Shown piece after piece: positions 63,197 to 64,000 of a stretch of DNA of 64,000 nt. Location of the stretch: positions 322,178 to 386,177 of the forward strand of contig JANRJQ010000007.1 of NCBI GenBank assembly GCA_033763895.1, in the 5' to 3' direction. The notes under the pieces were generated by a model. It had not been told where the DNA came from, ran no database searches, and was given only the letters and a program-made list of their open reading frames with translations. The position numbers and the translations under genes were made by a program. The number at the start of each line of letters is the position of its first letter. Within the stretch, counting starts at the first letter, position 1. This DNA comes from Chloroherpetonaceae bacterium. GTDB taxonomy: Bacteria > Bacteroidota > Chlorobiia > Chlorobiales > Thermochlorobacteraceae.

Positions 63197-64000
<804 letters not shown>

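Overview
The window is a bacterial chromosome segment. Gene content suggests the Chlorobi/Ignavibacteria/Bacteroidota group, but that placement is a guess. No rRNA gene, intact tRNA gene, CRISPR array, transposase or integrase was found.

The core backbone carries recN, upp, a PBP1A gene, fbaB, glgE-mak, pta, folE-queD, a lat-like aminotransferase, rng, pgpA, mfd and metY. It is interrupted by stretches that look AT-richer by eye and are bounded by repeats.

The main result is two integron-like cassette arrays with no integrase in view, at about 13.5-18.1 kb and 54.0-62.9 kb.
- Each array starts with the same ~120-bp leader. The leader has two direct copies and one inverted copy of GGTTTTACG, ending at a GTT.
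- Gene cassettes follow, all on the + strand. Each ends in a 77-156 bp imperfect palindrome with an ..AAC box on the left and a TTAGC/GTT box on the right.
- For three cassettes, the first 7-9 bases are the reverse complement of the box in that cassette's own downstream palindrome. This is the signature of circular integron cassettes.

Cassette cargo:
- a PstI/BsuBI-type restriction-modification pair
- an SRPBCC-DUF2200-VOC trio
- a translationally coupled pair I cannot place in a named system: a GHKL/HATPase-like ATPase plus a 756-aa protein with two degenerate PRTase-like folds
- a RavA-ViaA (MoxR AAA+ / VWA) pair
- a Fic protein

A second, unrelated family of composite hairpin repeats (GGTGGTTGAGCCTGTCGAAACCACC plus GTCATTCCCGCAAGCGAAGCGCGTCGGGAATCC) brackets other accessory genes as direct repeats, namely yhcG and a RelE/ParE toxin-antitoxin pair. 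Three genes appear to carry in-frame stop codons. All calls rest on manual reading of motifs and repeats, and nothing was searched against a database.
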